64,000 nt of DNA, taken from contig NC_086380.1 of assembly GCF_036588685.1 (NCBI RefSeq), forward strand, positions 75,826,001 through 75,890,000, read 5' to 3'. The notes under the pieces were generated by a model. It made no database searches, was not told the origin of the DNA, and saw nothing but the letters and a program-made list of their open reading frames with translations. Made by a program: the position numbers and the translations under genes. This DNA is from Mytilus trossulus (lineage: Eukaryota). Positions 12,701 through 22,789 of this stretch are shown piece after piece; positions within the stretch are counted from its first letter, which is position 1; each line of letters opens with the position of its first letter.

Positions 12701-12934
12701 CTGATATTGTTGTCACTAGTACTTGTTGTCAATGAAATTAAATCTTCTTCAGTTTCTAGAGTGTCAAGTAATTCTTTTGGAAGGGCTGACGATGACAAGC
12801 CAACTTTATGGACACATCCTAATAAAGCTGTAAACGGCGACTGATCTATCGTTCTATGGCGTGACCTGCGGGAAAAAAATAAAATCATAGAATGATTTTA
12901 AAAAATAATCAGGGAATGCCAATAATTCAAATCA

Positions 12935-12949
12935 AACAACAACAACAAG

Positions 12950-12999
<50 letters not shown>

Positions 13000-13000
13000 C
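12935..13000. repeat. (CAA)n microsatellite
   Basis: About 21 CAA units with one GAA interruption. Confidence 0.97.
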
Positions 13001-14799
13001 TTGAATCGTTTGTTAGTTTTCCAACGGCCACTATAAAGTGTTCAGTGTTAAAGAAAACACTACATTATGATGTAAACATACCTGATAATACAAACAATAA
13101 CTACTGGAATCCTGCCAACTAATATAGGTTTACAGGTAAACCAGATGTAGAAGTAATGGTCTAGCCCAGCTTTTTTGACCATCATCTTCTAAAAAATAAA
13201 ATTAAAAACCACAGAGTAGCTTAACCAAAAAATACATGTAAATACAATATTCTATAATTACAAATGATTAACTACATCTATAAAAAGTTTCGTATAACTG
13301 AAACGCCAAAATAACTTAAATGTAATCTATTTTTACAAAACATTTACTTTTACAAATAGACCCTGGTTGCTGAACAAAATGCTTATAAGTTTTAACAAAT
13401 AAAATATGTTTCTTCAAAGTTAATTTAGCCAAAGCTTTATTACAATCTGTTACACTTTGTTTAGTGTCCTCAAAATTTGTGGGTCTTGACAAAATTGCTG
13501 AAACTGTGATTTACTAGATAAACCATGAAGTTAACGTGTCATGAACTGACCAGTAAACTTTTTGAAATGACCAGGGAATATAAAATTTATCTGAAGTGAA
13601 CAGGTATTTCTATAAATGTTTGTACAAACAGGTAACAAGAAATGTCGAAAGGTAACGAGTATTGTCGAAAGCATTCGAGATGGAATTAACTATTTTAATC
13701 AATGAAAAATTTACTCATTATCACTTTGCAGCATATGTGGAGCTCCCAAAAGTAAAAAAGTCCGTGTGTTGGTAAGCCACTTCAGCTGCTCTTTCAAAGG
13801 TCACAGTACACTTAATTTGGTTAAGTGGTCCTGGCAGTGCATGATCCACTTTTACTCTTCATCTGGACATGACTGATTTTAAAAAGAGTCTACTTGATAA
13901 CGGGAATGAAAGTCTGTAGAAGTGTTAGGACGAACAACTAATTAGGTGCTTTCAGATGGACTTTTTTCAAATACACAGTTCACACATCTGAATGAAAAGT
14001 CTGATAATTTATCTGCTGATATTGACAAATTGTTTTTAACTCCTTATATTTTCTGTTCATGCCTCCATGACCGACAACTCACAAATGTGCAGTTCTAATC
14101 ATCTACTGTACAATAGTAAATTATTTCGTCACATTTGCGAATGCGTTTTTCAATGCCAGCTACACTCAAAACATCATATTGACTTAACAAACATCTTTGA
14201 AGAGCAGTCTTTTTGGAACTTAATTTTGCCTCCTATATTACCAATAGTCTCTCTGTATCTTTCACGTGTACATATTTAATTATCAGAAGGTTTATTATCA
14301 TCACACAATTTTATTATTTCATCATAAAATTTCTTTTCTATATTGCTTTCCATCTTAACACTTTAGTTTTGACTACTGAAATAAACAGTTTTGCTTATAT
14401 ATTTGAAATATAAAATGTACTCACATATTGAGAGTGTATACCTTTACGCTAAGTTATGAATTACATGTTAAAAGTTATTATCTTTTTCTCAGTAAAAATT
14501 GTACTAGTAATTACTTGTATAATTGTATTTGTACAAGTAATAACTTGTATGATGGCATAACATGTACAAAATAATAACATGTAAATGGCATATATATGTA
14601 CAGAGCCACGTCATATGTATCAAAGAGGCACAACAAGGCACATGAACAAAAAACATTAGCAAAAATGAAAGACAAGACTACGAGCATTATCATAGAACAA
14701 TAACAGGATATAAAAGTAACGTCAAATGAATATCAATAAAAACAGACTAAACATAAAAGTAATATTAATAAACATATATATATAAAAATAGTATAAAAC

Positions 14800-15250
14800 G
14801 TCAGTAACCCGAATCTAAACTTCAAGACCATCTTGTATAACTAGTATTTGTGAAGTTGACACGGAATGTTTATCAACAATGTCGATGAACCTTTTTAGAA
14901 AAATTACAAAACGTTCACTGATATACTCCTGGTTTATCAACTTTCTTCTCAGACACTTGTGACGTTTTACAAAGTCTGAGCAAGCTCTTGAATATCGAAT
15001 AAGTTTGAAAATGTATATCTCATATGCAGGTGAAGTTGGTGTATTGCTACTGAGGAAGAAAAATTGACAATTTTAAAATTAAAATCGTCTCGTTTGCCGT
15101 AGATTATGGTACTGACATGACCGTGTATGTCAAATTCGAGAAATATGTCTAAAAATGAGGTGGAGGAAGTCGACTCTGTTGTTACTGTAATTGCAAGTTT
15201 TAGGGTATATATCAATGGAATCCAATCAGAAAATGAAAAGAACCTTCATC
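14800..15250 (-). mobile_element. Penelope-like retroelement RT fragment (paralogous copies at about 25380-25820 and 44690-45140)
   Basis: ESTSSTSFLDIFLEFDIHGHVSTIIYGKRDDFNFKIVNF matches the thumb-region pattern of Penelope-type RTs; the same segment recurs in each duplicated block. Confidence 0.75.
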
Positions 15251-17860
15251 TGTAATTGTAATTATATGTCAAGCGTGCCTAGTGCATAAAACTATACACA
15301 TGCAATGTCTTCAATAAGATTTGTGTATTGAATCGAATTCATTTATTTGTAGTTAAGATACTGTTTTGAAATAAAAGAAATAAAGCAAACAAATAATATA
15401 ATACCATACTATTCACGATCCGAGTGCGACACTTGACCACCGAACCATTTTGTTTTATGTCATCGACGTATCGGGGAGTATTACATTTTACAGTTATACG
15501 TCTCTACGTCCTTGCGTCCAAGAAACATTTTCGTTCACTTATTTTTAGTTTGCATCATCCAAGTGTTAGAGCATCATCAATATTAATTTGTGAAATTTAA
15601 TGACCCGGCTTCTTTGATATTCCTGTTTTGACAAGTGTTTGAAGGATCTCCGATTCGTACGAAAATAAGAAGAGGTCGACAAGAAGAAGTGCATAGTTCG
15701 TTACCATAGGATTGACGACAATTTGTTAAACAAGTCTACCTCCAAATAAAATAGATATATTGTCAAAAGAAAACTTGCTACGTTTATTTACGCTCTTTCT
15801 TTGAACGCTACTTGGATATTTTTAAAAGTTTATTGGCTTTTTTGAAATTTGTCTGTCTTTGAACTTGTCTTTGACCTTGTCTTTTACCTTGTATGTTACT
15901 GAAGTTTGTAATTGTATGTCTATGATTTCGTATTAATGACAACTGAAAAAATAATAGTATAGACTGAAAATCTACCTATGTTATTAAAAATCATGATATC
16001 TTTTTTTCTGCACTCAACATGCTTAATGTTCATATGGACCCTTTCGGCTTCACTTCCACTTTTACTCTGAGTACAGACAAACCTGTGTATCTGGAAAAAG
16101 ATAAATAAACATAAAATATATAGTTTGTTTTAAAAAAATTCAAAACTTAAATGGATTTTGCAGTCCACATGAACCTTGATAAAAAAAATATTGTAAGCTG
16201 TCTGTGTCAATAAATCCCTAAGAATATAAAACCGAAAAATATTCCTGTGCAGCCGGCATAATTATATATTGTTATCATCATTACAATTTTTCTATATACA
16301 AATCTAGCAATAAATAGTTTGATTTAAATATTGAAACTTCATATTTCATGATTTAAAATGTATTTAAATTGTGTGTTTATTTTTAACCAGGAAGTGTGCT
16401 TATTTTGTTATCAGCGCCACGTAATGTTTAAAATCATCATACATCACACAGGTGTTTTACTGTTGTCTTCAAGAACCAGAATTACTAGTTAAACAGTAGA
16501 ACCGTCGTGGTTTTATTCTTAATTAGAAGCTTTACGAAAATCAATCAGGTATGTAATCTAATTTTGTAATATGATTATGAATTATGAAGAGCTAAACTAG
16601 CTTAGGTGGATACCGTTAAAAGCGAAAGTAAATATTTTAACAATCCTTTGTTTATTCCGTTTATGTTAAGATAGTCACATGTTACTTTAAAAATATTCTG
16701 TTTTGTAAATAAATTAATTTGGTTTCAAATGGATATCTTTCTTTCTCTGATTCTTCTTTATGTAATCGATATTCAGGTAAAAATCACTGTTAAGAAAGTG
16801 CGAATCGTATCTTCAATAAGATTTGTGTATTGAATCGAATTCATTTATTTGTAGTTAAGATACTGTTTTGAAATAAAAGACATAAAGCAAACAAATAATA
16901 TAATACCATTCTATTCACGATCTGAGTGCGACACTTGACCACCGAACTGGTTTTTTTTATGTCATTGACGTATCGGGGAGTATTACATTTTACAATTGTA
17001 CGTCTCTACGTCCTTGCGTCCAACAAATATTTTCGTTAACTTATTTTTAGTTTGCATCATGCAAGTGTTAGAGCATCATCAATATTAATTTGTGAAATTT
17101 AATGACCCGGCTTCTTTGATATTCTTGTTTTGACAAGTGTCTGAAGGATCTCCGATTCGTACGAAAATAAGAAGAGGTAGAATATAAAACCGAAAAATAT
17201 TCCTGTGCAGCCGGCATAATTATATATTGTTATTATCATTACAATTTTTCTATATACAACTCTAGCAATAAATAGTTTGATTTAAATATTGAAACTTAAT
17301 ATTTCATGATTTAAAATGTATTTAAATTGTGTGTTTATTTTTAACCAGGAAGTGTGCTTATTTTGTTAACAGCGCCACGTAGTGTTTAAAATCATCATAC
17401 ATCACACAGGTGTATTACTGTTGTCTACAAGAACCATAATTACAAGTTAAACAGTAGAACCGTAGTGGTTTTATTCTTAATTAGAAGCTTTACGAAAATT
17501 AATCAGGTATGTAATCTAATTTTGTAATATTTTTTTTGATGAAGATCTAAACTAGCTTAGGTAGATACCGTTAAAACCGAAAGTAAATATTTTAAAAATC
17601 CTCTGTTTATTCCGTTTATGTTAAGATAGTCACATACTACTTTAAAAATATTCTGTTTTGTAAATAAACTAATTTGGTTTCAAATGGATATCTTTCTTTC
17701 TCTGATTCTTCTTTATGTTATCGATATTCAGGCAAAAATCACTGTTAAGAAAGTGCGAATCGTATCTTCAATAAGATTTGTGTATTGAATCGAATTTATT
17801 TATTTGTAGTTAAGATACTGTTTTGAAATAAAAGAAATAAAGCAAACAAATAATATAATA

Positions 17861-18325
17861 CAGTCCTTGGATGGTGTAAACTTCCCACTAACACCATACA
17901 CCATTACACCATACACCATACCCCATTACACCATACACCTTGTACCATTACACCATACACGTTACACCTTTGCACCATACACCTTACACTTTACACCATA
18001 CACCATTCCCCATTCTATCTACACGATCCGAAATTACCCATAATGCAATTAAATTTTAAATATTAAGATTTTTATTATGTTTATGCTAACAATCCAAAAA
18101 AATGAAATAAAAAAAAATTCGTTTGCAACCAATGAAAGGTCGTACATTATCATTCACACCATTCCCGATCGCACGTTACACAATCACACCATTCCTCATA
18201 CACCATTACACCATTCCCCTTACACCATACACCATAGCACCATACACCTTACACCTTTGCACCATATGCCATACACCATTACACCATACACGTTGTTTTG
18301 GGAAGTTTACACCATCCAAGGGCTG
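17861..18325. mobile_element. Tc1/mariner-type MITE with internal (TACACCA)-like simple repeats
   Basis: About 27-bp TIRs CAGTCCTTGGATGGTGTAAACTTCCCA and TGGGAAGTTTACACCATCCAAGGGCTG, TA TSD (17859-17860 and 18326-18327). Sister units show the empty site TAATATAATACCATACT. Confidence 0.92.
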
Positions 18326-18777
18326 TACCATACTATTCACGATCCGAGTGCGACACTTGACCACCGAAAGTTTTTTTTTTTTTATGTCATCAACGTATCG
18401 GGGAGTATTACATTTTACAATTGTACGTCTCAACGTCCTTGTGTCCAAGAAATATTTTCGTTCACTTATTTTTAGTTTGCATCATCCAAGTGTTAGAGCA
18501 TCATCAATATTAATTTGTGAAATTTAATGACCCGGCTTCTTTGATATTCTTGTTTTGACAAGTGTCTGAAGGATCGCCGATTCGTACGAAAATAAGAAGA
18601 GGTCGGTAAGAAGAAGCGCATATTTCGTTCCCATAGGATTGACGACAATTTGTTGAACAAGTCTACCTCCAAATAAAATAGATATATTGTCACAAGAAGT
18701 CTGGCTACGTTTATTTACGCTCTTTCTTTGAACGCTACTTGGATATTTGTAATAGTTTATTGGCTTTTTCTGTCTTT

Positions 18778-18880
18778 TACCTTGTCTTTGACCTTGTCTT
18801 TGACCTTGTCTTTGACCTTGTCTTTGACCTTGTCTTTGACCTTGTCTTTGACCTTGTCTTTGACCTTGTCTTTGACCTTG
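18778..18880. repeat. 12-bp minisatellite (GACCTTGTCTTT)n, copy number variable between units
   Basis: About 8 copies here, 1-5 copies in sister units (near 15860, 26430, 27690, 29195, 34830, 45735), and a derived longer unit at 46885-47005. Confidence 0.92.
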
Positions 18881-19375
18881 TATGTTGCTGAAGTTTGTAA
18901 TTGTATGTCTATGATTTCGTATTAATGACAAATAAAAAAAAATAGTAGCGTAGAATGAAAATCTACCTATGTTAATAAAAATCATGATATCTTTTTTTCT
19001 GCACTCAACATGCTTAATGTTCATATAGACCCTTCGGCTTCACTTCCAATTTTACTCTGAGTACAGACAAACCTGTGTATCTGGAAAAAGATAAATAAAA
19101 TTAAAATATATAGTTTGTTTTAAAAAATTCAAAACTTAAATGGATTTTGCAGTCCACATGAACCTTGATAAAAAAAATATTGTAAGCTGTCTGTGTCAAT
19201 AAATCCCTAAGAATATAAAACCGAAAAATATTCCTGTGCAGCCGGCATAATTATATATTGTTATTATCATTAAACTTTTTCTATATTCAACTCTAGCAAT
19301 AAATAGTTTGATTTAAATATTAAAACTTCATATTTCATGATTTAAAATGTATCTAAATTGTGTGGTTTTTTTTAA

Positions 19376-19543
19376 CCAGGAAGTGTGCTTATTTTGTTAA
19401 CAGCGCCACGTAGTGTTTAAAATCATCATACATCACACAGGTGTTTTACTGTTGTCTTCAAGAACCAGAATTACAAGTTAAACAGTAGAACCGTCGTGGT
19501 TATATTCTTAATTAGAAGCTTTACGAAAATTAATCAGGTATGT
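19376..19543 (+). promoter_or_regulatory. Putative proximal promoter and non-coding first exon of TRIM copy 1, ending in a splice donor
   Basis: CCAGGAAGTG (ETS-like, 19376), GCCACGT and CACAGGTG, then ATCAG|GTATGT with GT at 19538. Matching acceptor TTTTTTTAG| at 21024, 10 nt before the ATG. The same block lies only about 250 bp upstream of copy 3. No transcript evidence. Confidence 0.6.
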
Positions 19544-21034
19544 AATCTAATTTTGTAATATGATTATGAATTATGAAGAGCTAAACTAGCTTAGGTAGAT
19601 ACCGTTAAAACCGAAAGTAAATATTTTAACAATCCTTTGTTTATTCCGTTTATGTTAAGATAGTCACATGTTACTTTAAAAATATTCTGTTTTGTAAATA
19701 AATTAATTTGGTTTCAAATGGATATCTTTCTTTCTCTGATTCTTCTTTATGTAATCGATATTCAGGCAAAAATCACTGTTAAGAAAGTGCGAATCATATC
19801 TATGTTAGAAAAGTGCGAATCGATAAATGATCGATATCGCTTGTTGTAGGGTATATATTTTACTTTTATAAAATATAGGTAGATTGTAGTTATTAGAAAA
19901 GAAGATACCAGTGGGGCAGTCAAACTTTCAACTGACAACGCCATGACTAAAACAGAGACATAATATCAGACAAATAACAGAACACAATACACATGATACA
20001 CAAAATAGAAAACTAAAAACAAAGTAACACAAACCCGACCAAACATTTGGGGTGATCTCAGGTGGTCCAACAGGGTGAGCAAATCCTGCTCCACAATATC
20101 AAATGTTCGGAATGTTATACACAATGGTTAGTACCACAATATACAGATATACTTTGATTTGCGTAATGAATAAATTACAATTAGCATTATTAGGAAAACG
20201 ATCAAATCATTAGAATATGCTTATTGCCAATTCTACTAGGTAAATTATGTCTCTCGTCTATTTTATTCCTTTTCTGTTCTGGTTGAAAGACAATAAAAAT
20301 CAAAACCAAGGAGTAAACAAAGTCTCACAAAACCAAACGACATTTACATCAACAGTTATAAATAATAAATAAGAAACAACACGAACTCCAATAAAAAATG
20401 GGAGTAAAATCAGGTGTTCCGGAAGGATAAGCATTTCCTGCACCGTATACGGCACCCGTCGTGTTATTTCTTTGTTCAGTTCGGTAATGATGAAAAGTTT
20501 AATGACTGAGGAACATCATCACCCCATATTTATTGGTATTTGTACAATGTAGTTATAAGAAGATGTGGAATGAGTTTTCATTAGCATGATTAGACAACTT
20601 TCCATCCAAGTCACAATTTGTAATAGTAAACCATTATAGGTCAATGCACGGTCTTCAACACGGTGGCGTGGCTCACACTTAACAGTTAGCACTAAAAGGC
20701 CCATAAAAGGCTAGTTTACCTTGTTTTCAAACATGCAACACTTACATTTATGCATGTTTGAGTTTTTGTGTATTTAATGTCGTGTTTGAATATACTGAAC
20801 ATCTCAAAATGTGACTATGGATGGTTTGACTCTGGTAGAACAAGTCATATATCATTTCGATTAATTACAAGTTGCGTTTTAAAAAAAAATGAGATTAAAT
20901 TTAAATTCTAGATTGTCAAATGTTAATTGCTTATACTGCTTAGAAAAACTTGTATACAATACAGAACATGAAGAAAAATCTTTTGATTTAGAGTATAATA
21001 AAACCACACCTCTCCTTTTTTTAGAAGTTTTCTT

Positions 21035-22684
21035 ATGGCATCGACTAGTTTATGTGATCCTTGTTCCGAAGCTGACAAGTCTTCAACAGCAACAAAGTAT
21101 TGCTCTGACTGTGAAGAAAGACTTTGTACAGACTGTGATGAATCACATTGCAGATTCAAAGCCTTCAAATCTCACCATGTTATCGACCTGTCGTCCATCG
21201 GATCCAATAAATGTATGCCTGCGATGAAAAACTGCAATGTCCATTCAGAGATGCTTTTGGATTATTACTGCACAGACCATGAGATCGTATGCTGTAGAGC
21301 CTGCATATCTAATGAACACAGGCTTTGTCAGAACGTTCTCCCATTGGAACTGGCCTCGAAGGATGTAAAAAAGTCTGCACTGTTTAACGATGTTATGGAA
21401 GACATGACGCATCTTATTACAACATTGAATGCTTTAGACAATAACAGACAGTCAAACTTTCAATCAATGGAGGAATCCAAATCAACAATAACAAAGAAGA
21501 TCCGAGCAGTGAAATCCAAATTTTTGAAACAAATTGACGATTTGGAGCGTGAATTAACGACCACTTTGTCATCTCTCCAACGAAAACATGAAATGGAAAT
21601 CAACAAACAAAAGCAAGAAATATCGCAAGTCTTGGTCAATGTTATAGAAAATAAAAACGAGATGGATTTTTTGAGAGATCATGGATCTAAGAATCAGCTC
21701 TTCATATTCCTTCGCCAACAAGTAACAAATATTCATAGCGCCGAGGCCAAGATTCAGCAGATAGTATCCGATTCACAAGAATTCAATATAACCTTTGACG
21801 AAAAGAAAGATGTTAAGCTTGAGTCTCTCGGGTCACTGTCAGAGTATGTCCAACCATGTCAAGTTCAATACAAACCAAAAAAATTTCAACAAGCCCAGAT
21901 AAAGGCGGAACCAATGAAAAATATTCTAGGGTTTGAGAAGGATACAGTATTAAAACTTAATACTAATGTGGTAAAACGTCTTATTTGTGTGTCAGTGACA
22001 GATAATAATAAGCTGTTCATTACTAATGCAGTACCATCCAATAACAAAATCTATGTTTACAGAGACTGTGAAGATTATGAGACAGAGATAGCATTTTCCT
22101 CCACACCTTATTGTGTCGCTTTGATACCTGGTACGGACAGAGCTGTTATTACCCTACCTAACGAGAATTCTATACAATTTATAAACACTACAAAGATGAC
22201 AAAGGACAACAAAGTAAATGTTGGATTTACATGTTATGGTATTACTGCTGGACGTGACAGAATTATCGTTGGCGGTTATGATGGTATTATCAAAATATTA
22301 AACACCAATGGGGCAATTCTAAAGGCAACCCAGCATGGATCTTATTGTATTTGCTTCATAGCATACGATGGTATTCATGATCATTTGATTGTTAGATGTT
22401 ATGGTAAACTCCTTTGTATCAAGTTAGATGGAACACTAGTATACAGTAAGGACGTTTCAGGGGTAGCAGGTTTAACACTTGATCGACAGAGGAACATTTA
22501 TTTTGGTGGTTTTTCAACTCACAATATACAAAGAATATCATCAGATGGAGACAACTGTGAAGAAATGCTGAACAAAGACAATGACATTGACCATCCATTG
22601 GGAATGTGTTTTAACAATGACTTCACAAAACTCTTTGTTATTAATAACGATGGTAAATCTGTTTGTGTATACAAATGCAAGTAA
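21035..22684 (+). CDS. RING-less TRIM-like protein (B-box1, B-box2, coiled coil, NHL/beta-propeller), copy 1, intact, 549 aa
   Basis: B-box1 CDPC...YCSDCEERLCTDCDESH...HH; B-box2 CNVH...YYCTDHEIVCCRACISNEH; long heptad region; C-terminal repeats such as PYCVAL, CYGITAG, GLTLDRQRNIYF and HPLGMCFN. Single uninterrupted ORF. Confidence 0.93.
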   Translation: MASTSLCDPCSEADKSSTATKYCSDCEERLCTDCDESHCRFKAFKSHHVIDLSSIGSNKCMPAMKNCNVHSEMLLDYYCTDHEIVCCRACISNEHRLCQNVLPLELASKDVKKSALFNDVMEDMTHLITTLNALDNNRQSNFQSMEESKSTITKKIRAVKSKFLKQIDDLERELTTTLSSLQRKHEMEINKQKQEISQVLVNVIENKNEMDFLRDHGSKNQLFIFLRQQVTNIHSAEAKIQQIVSDSQEFNITFDEKKDVKLESLGSLSEYVQPCQVQYKPKKFQQAQIKAEPMKNILGFEKDTVLKLNTNVVKRLICVSVTDNNKLFITNAVPSNNKIYVYRDCEDYETEIAFSSTPYCVALIPGTDRAVITLPNENSIQFINTTKMTKDNKVNVGFTCYGITAGRDRIIVGGYDGIIKILNTNGAILKATQHGSYCICFIAYDGIHDHLIVRCYGKLLCIKLDGTLVYSKDVSGVAGLTLDRQRNIYFGGFSTHNIQRISSDGDNCEEMLNKDNDIDHPLGMCFNNDFTKLFVINNDGKSVCVYKCK

Positions 22685-22789
22685 ATGGTTTTTTTTGTGA
22701 AACAATATGAATACTCTTAACTATATTATGTAATTTATCGTGTTACTTAAATATACAATAAGTACACACTTCTTATTTTATATTATCTG

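Larger units (their letters stand above)
11400..14353 (-). pseudogene. KRBA2/SCAND3-like integrase (Ginger2 transposase) pseudogene
   Basis: Manual translation of the minus strand: candidate start MESNIEKKFYDEI (14353); zinc-binding remnant VGHGGMNR; core VVRPNTSTDFHSRYQVDSF*NQSCPDEE*KWIMHCQDHLTK and LLGAPHMLQSDNE (13715-13940); HRTIDQSPFTALLGCVHKVGLSSSALP; VDRGPMD...GIMFGLMSRNQI; Cys-rich C-terminus GQDYVHYSCRSGCKTGKCK. Stops and insertions throughout. Confidence 0.85.
10994..14562 (-). mobile_element. Ginger2/TDD-type DNA transposon (retroviral-like integrase), decayed
   Basis: About 60-bp TIRs (TG(TT)ATGCCATCATACARGTTATTA... at 10994 and reverse complement ending ...GATGGCATAACA at 14562), TG...CA ends, 4-bp TSD TGTA (10990-10993 and 14563-14566), and an internal integrase pseudogene. 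Confidence 0.85.
15308..19799 (+). repeat. Tandem array 1: three copies of a ~1.5-kb unit upstream of TRIM copy 1
   Basis: Units start at 15308, 16810 and 17765 (TCTTCAATAAGATTTGTG). Unit 2 has an internal deletion of about 0.55 kb and unit 3 carries a MITE. Each unit has part or all of a Penelope-like RT fragment (FGGRLVQQIVVNPMGTKYALLLTDLFLFSYE, minus strand) and the putative promoter/exon-1 block. Confidence 0.93.

Noticed and set aside
12892-13122. Poly-glutamine ORF
   Set aside because: Translation of a (CAA)n microsatellite inside a dead transposon, with no other coding signal.
18077-18527. His/Thr/Pro-rich ORFs
   Set aside because: They derive from the TACACCA simple repeats inside the MITE.
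18524-19024. 166-aa ORF with GQRQ repeats
   Set aside because: Chance read-through of a 12-bp minisatellite joined to a Penelope RT fragment; not open in sister units.
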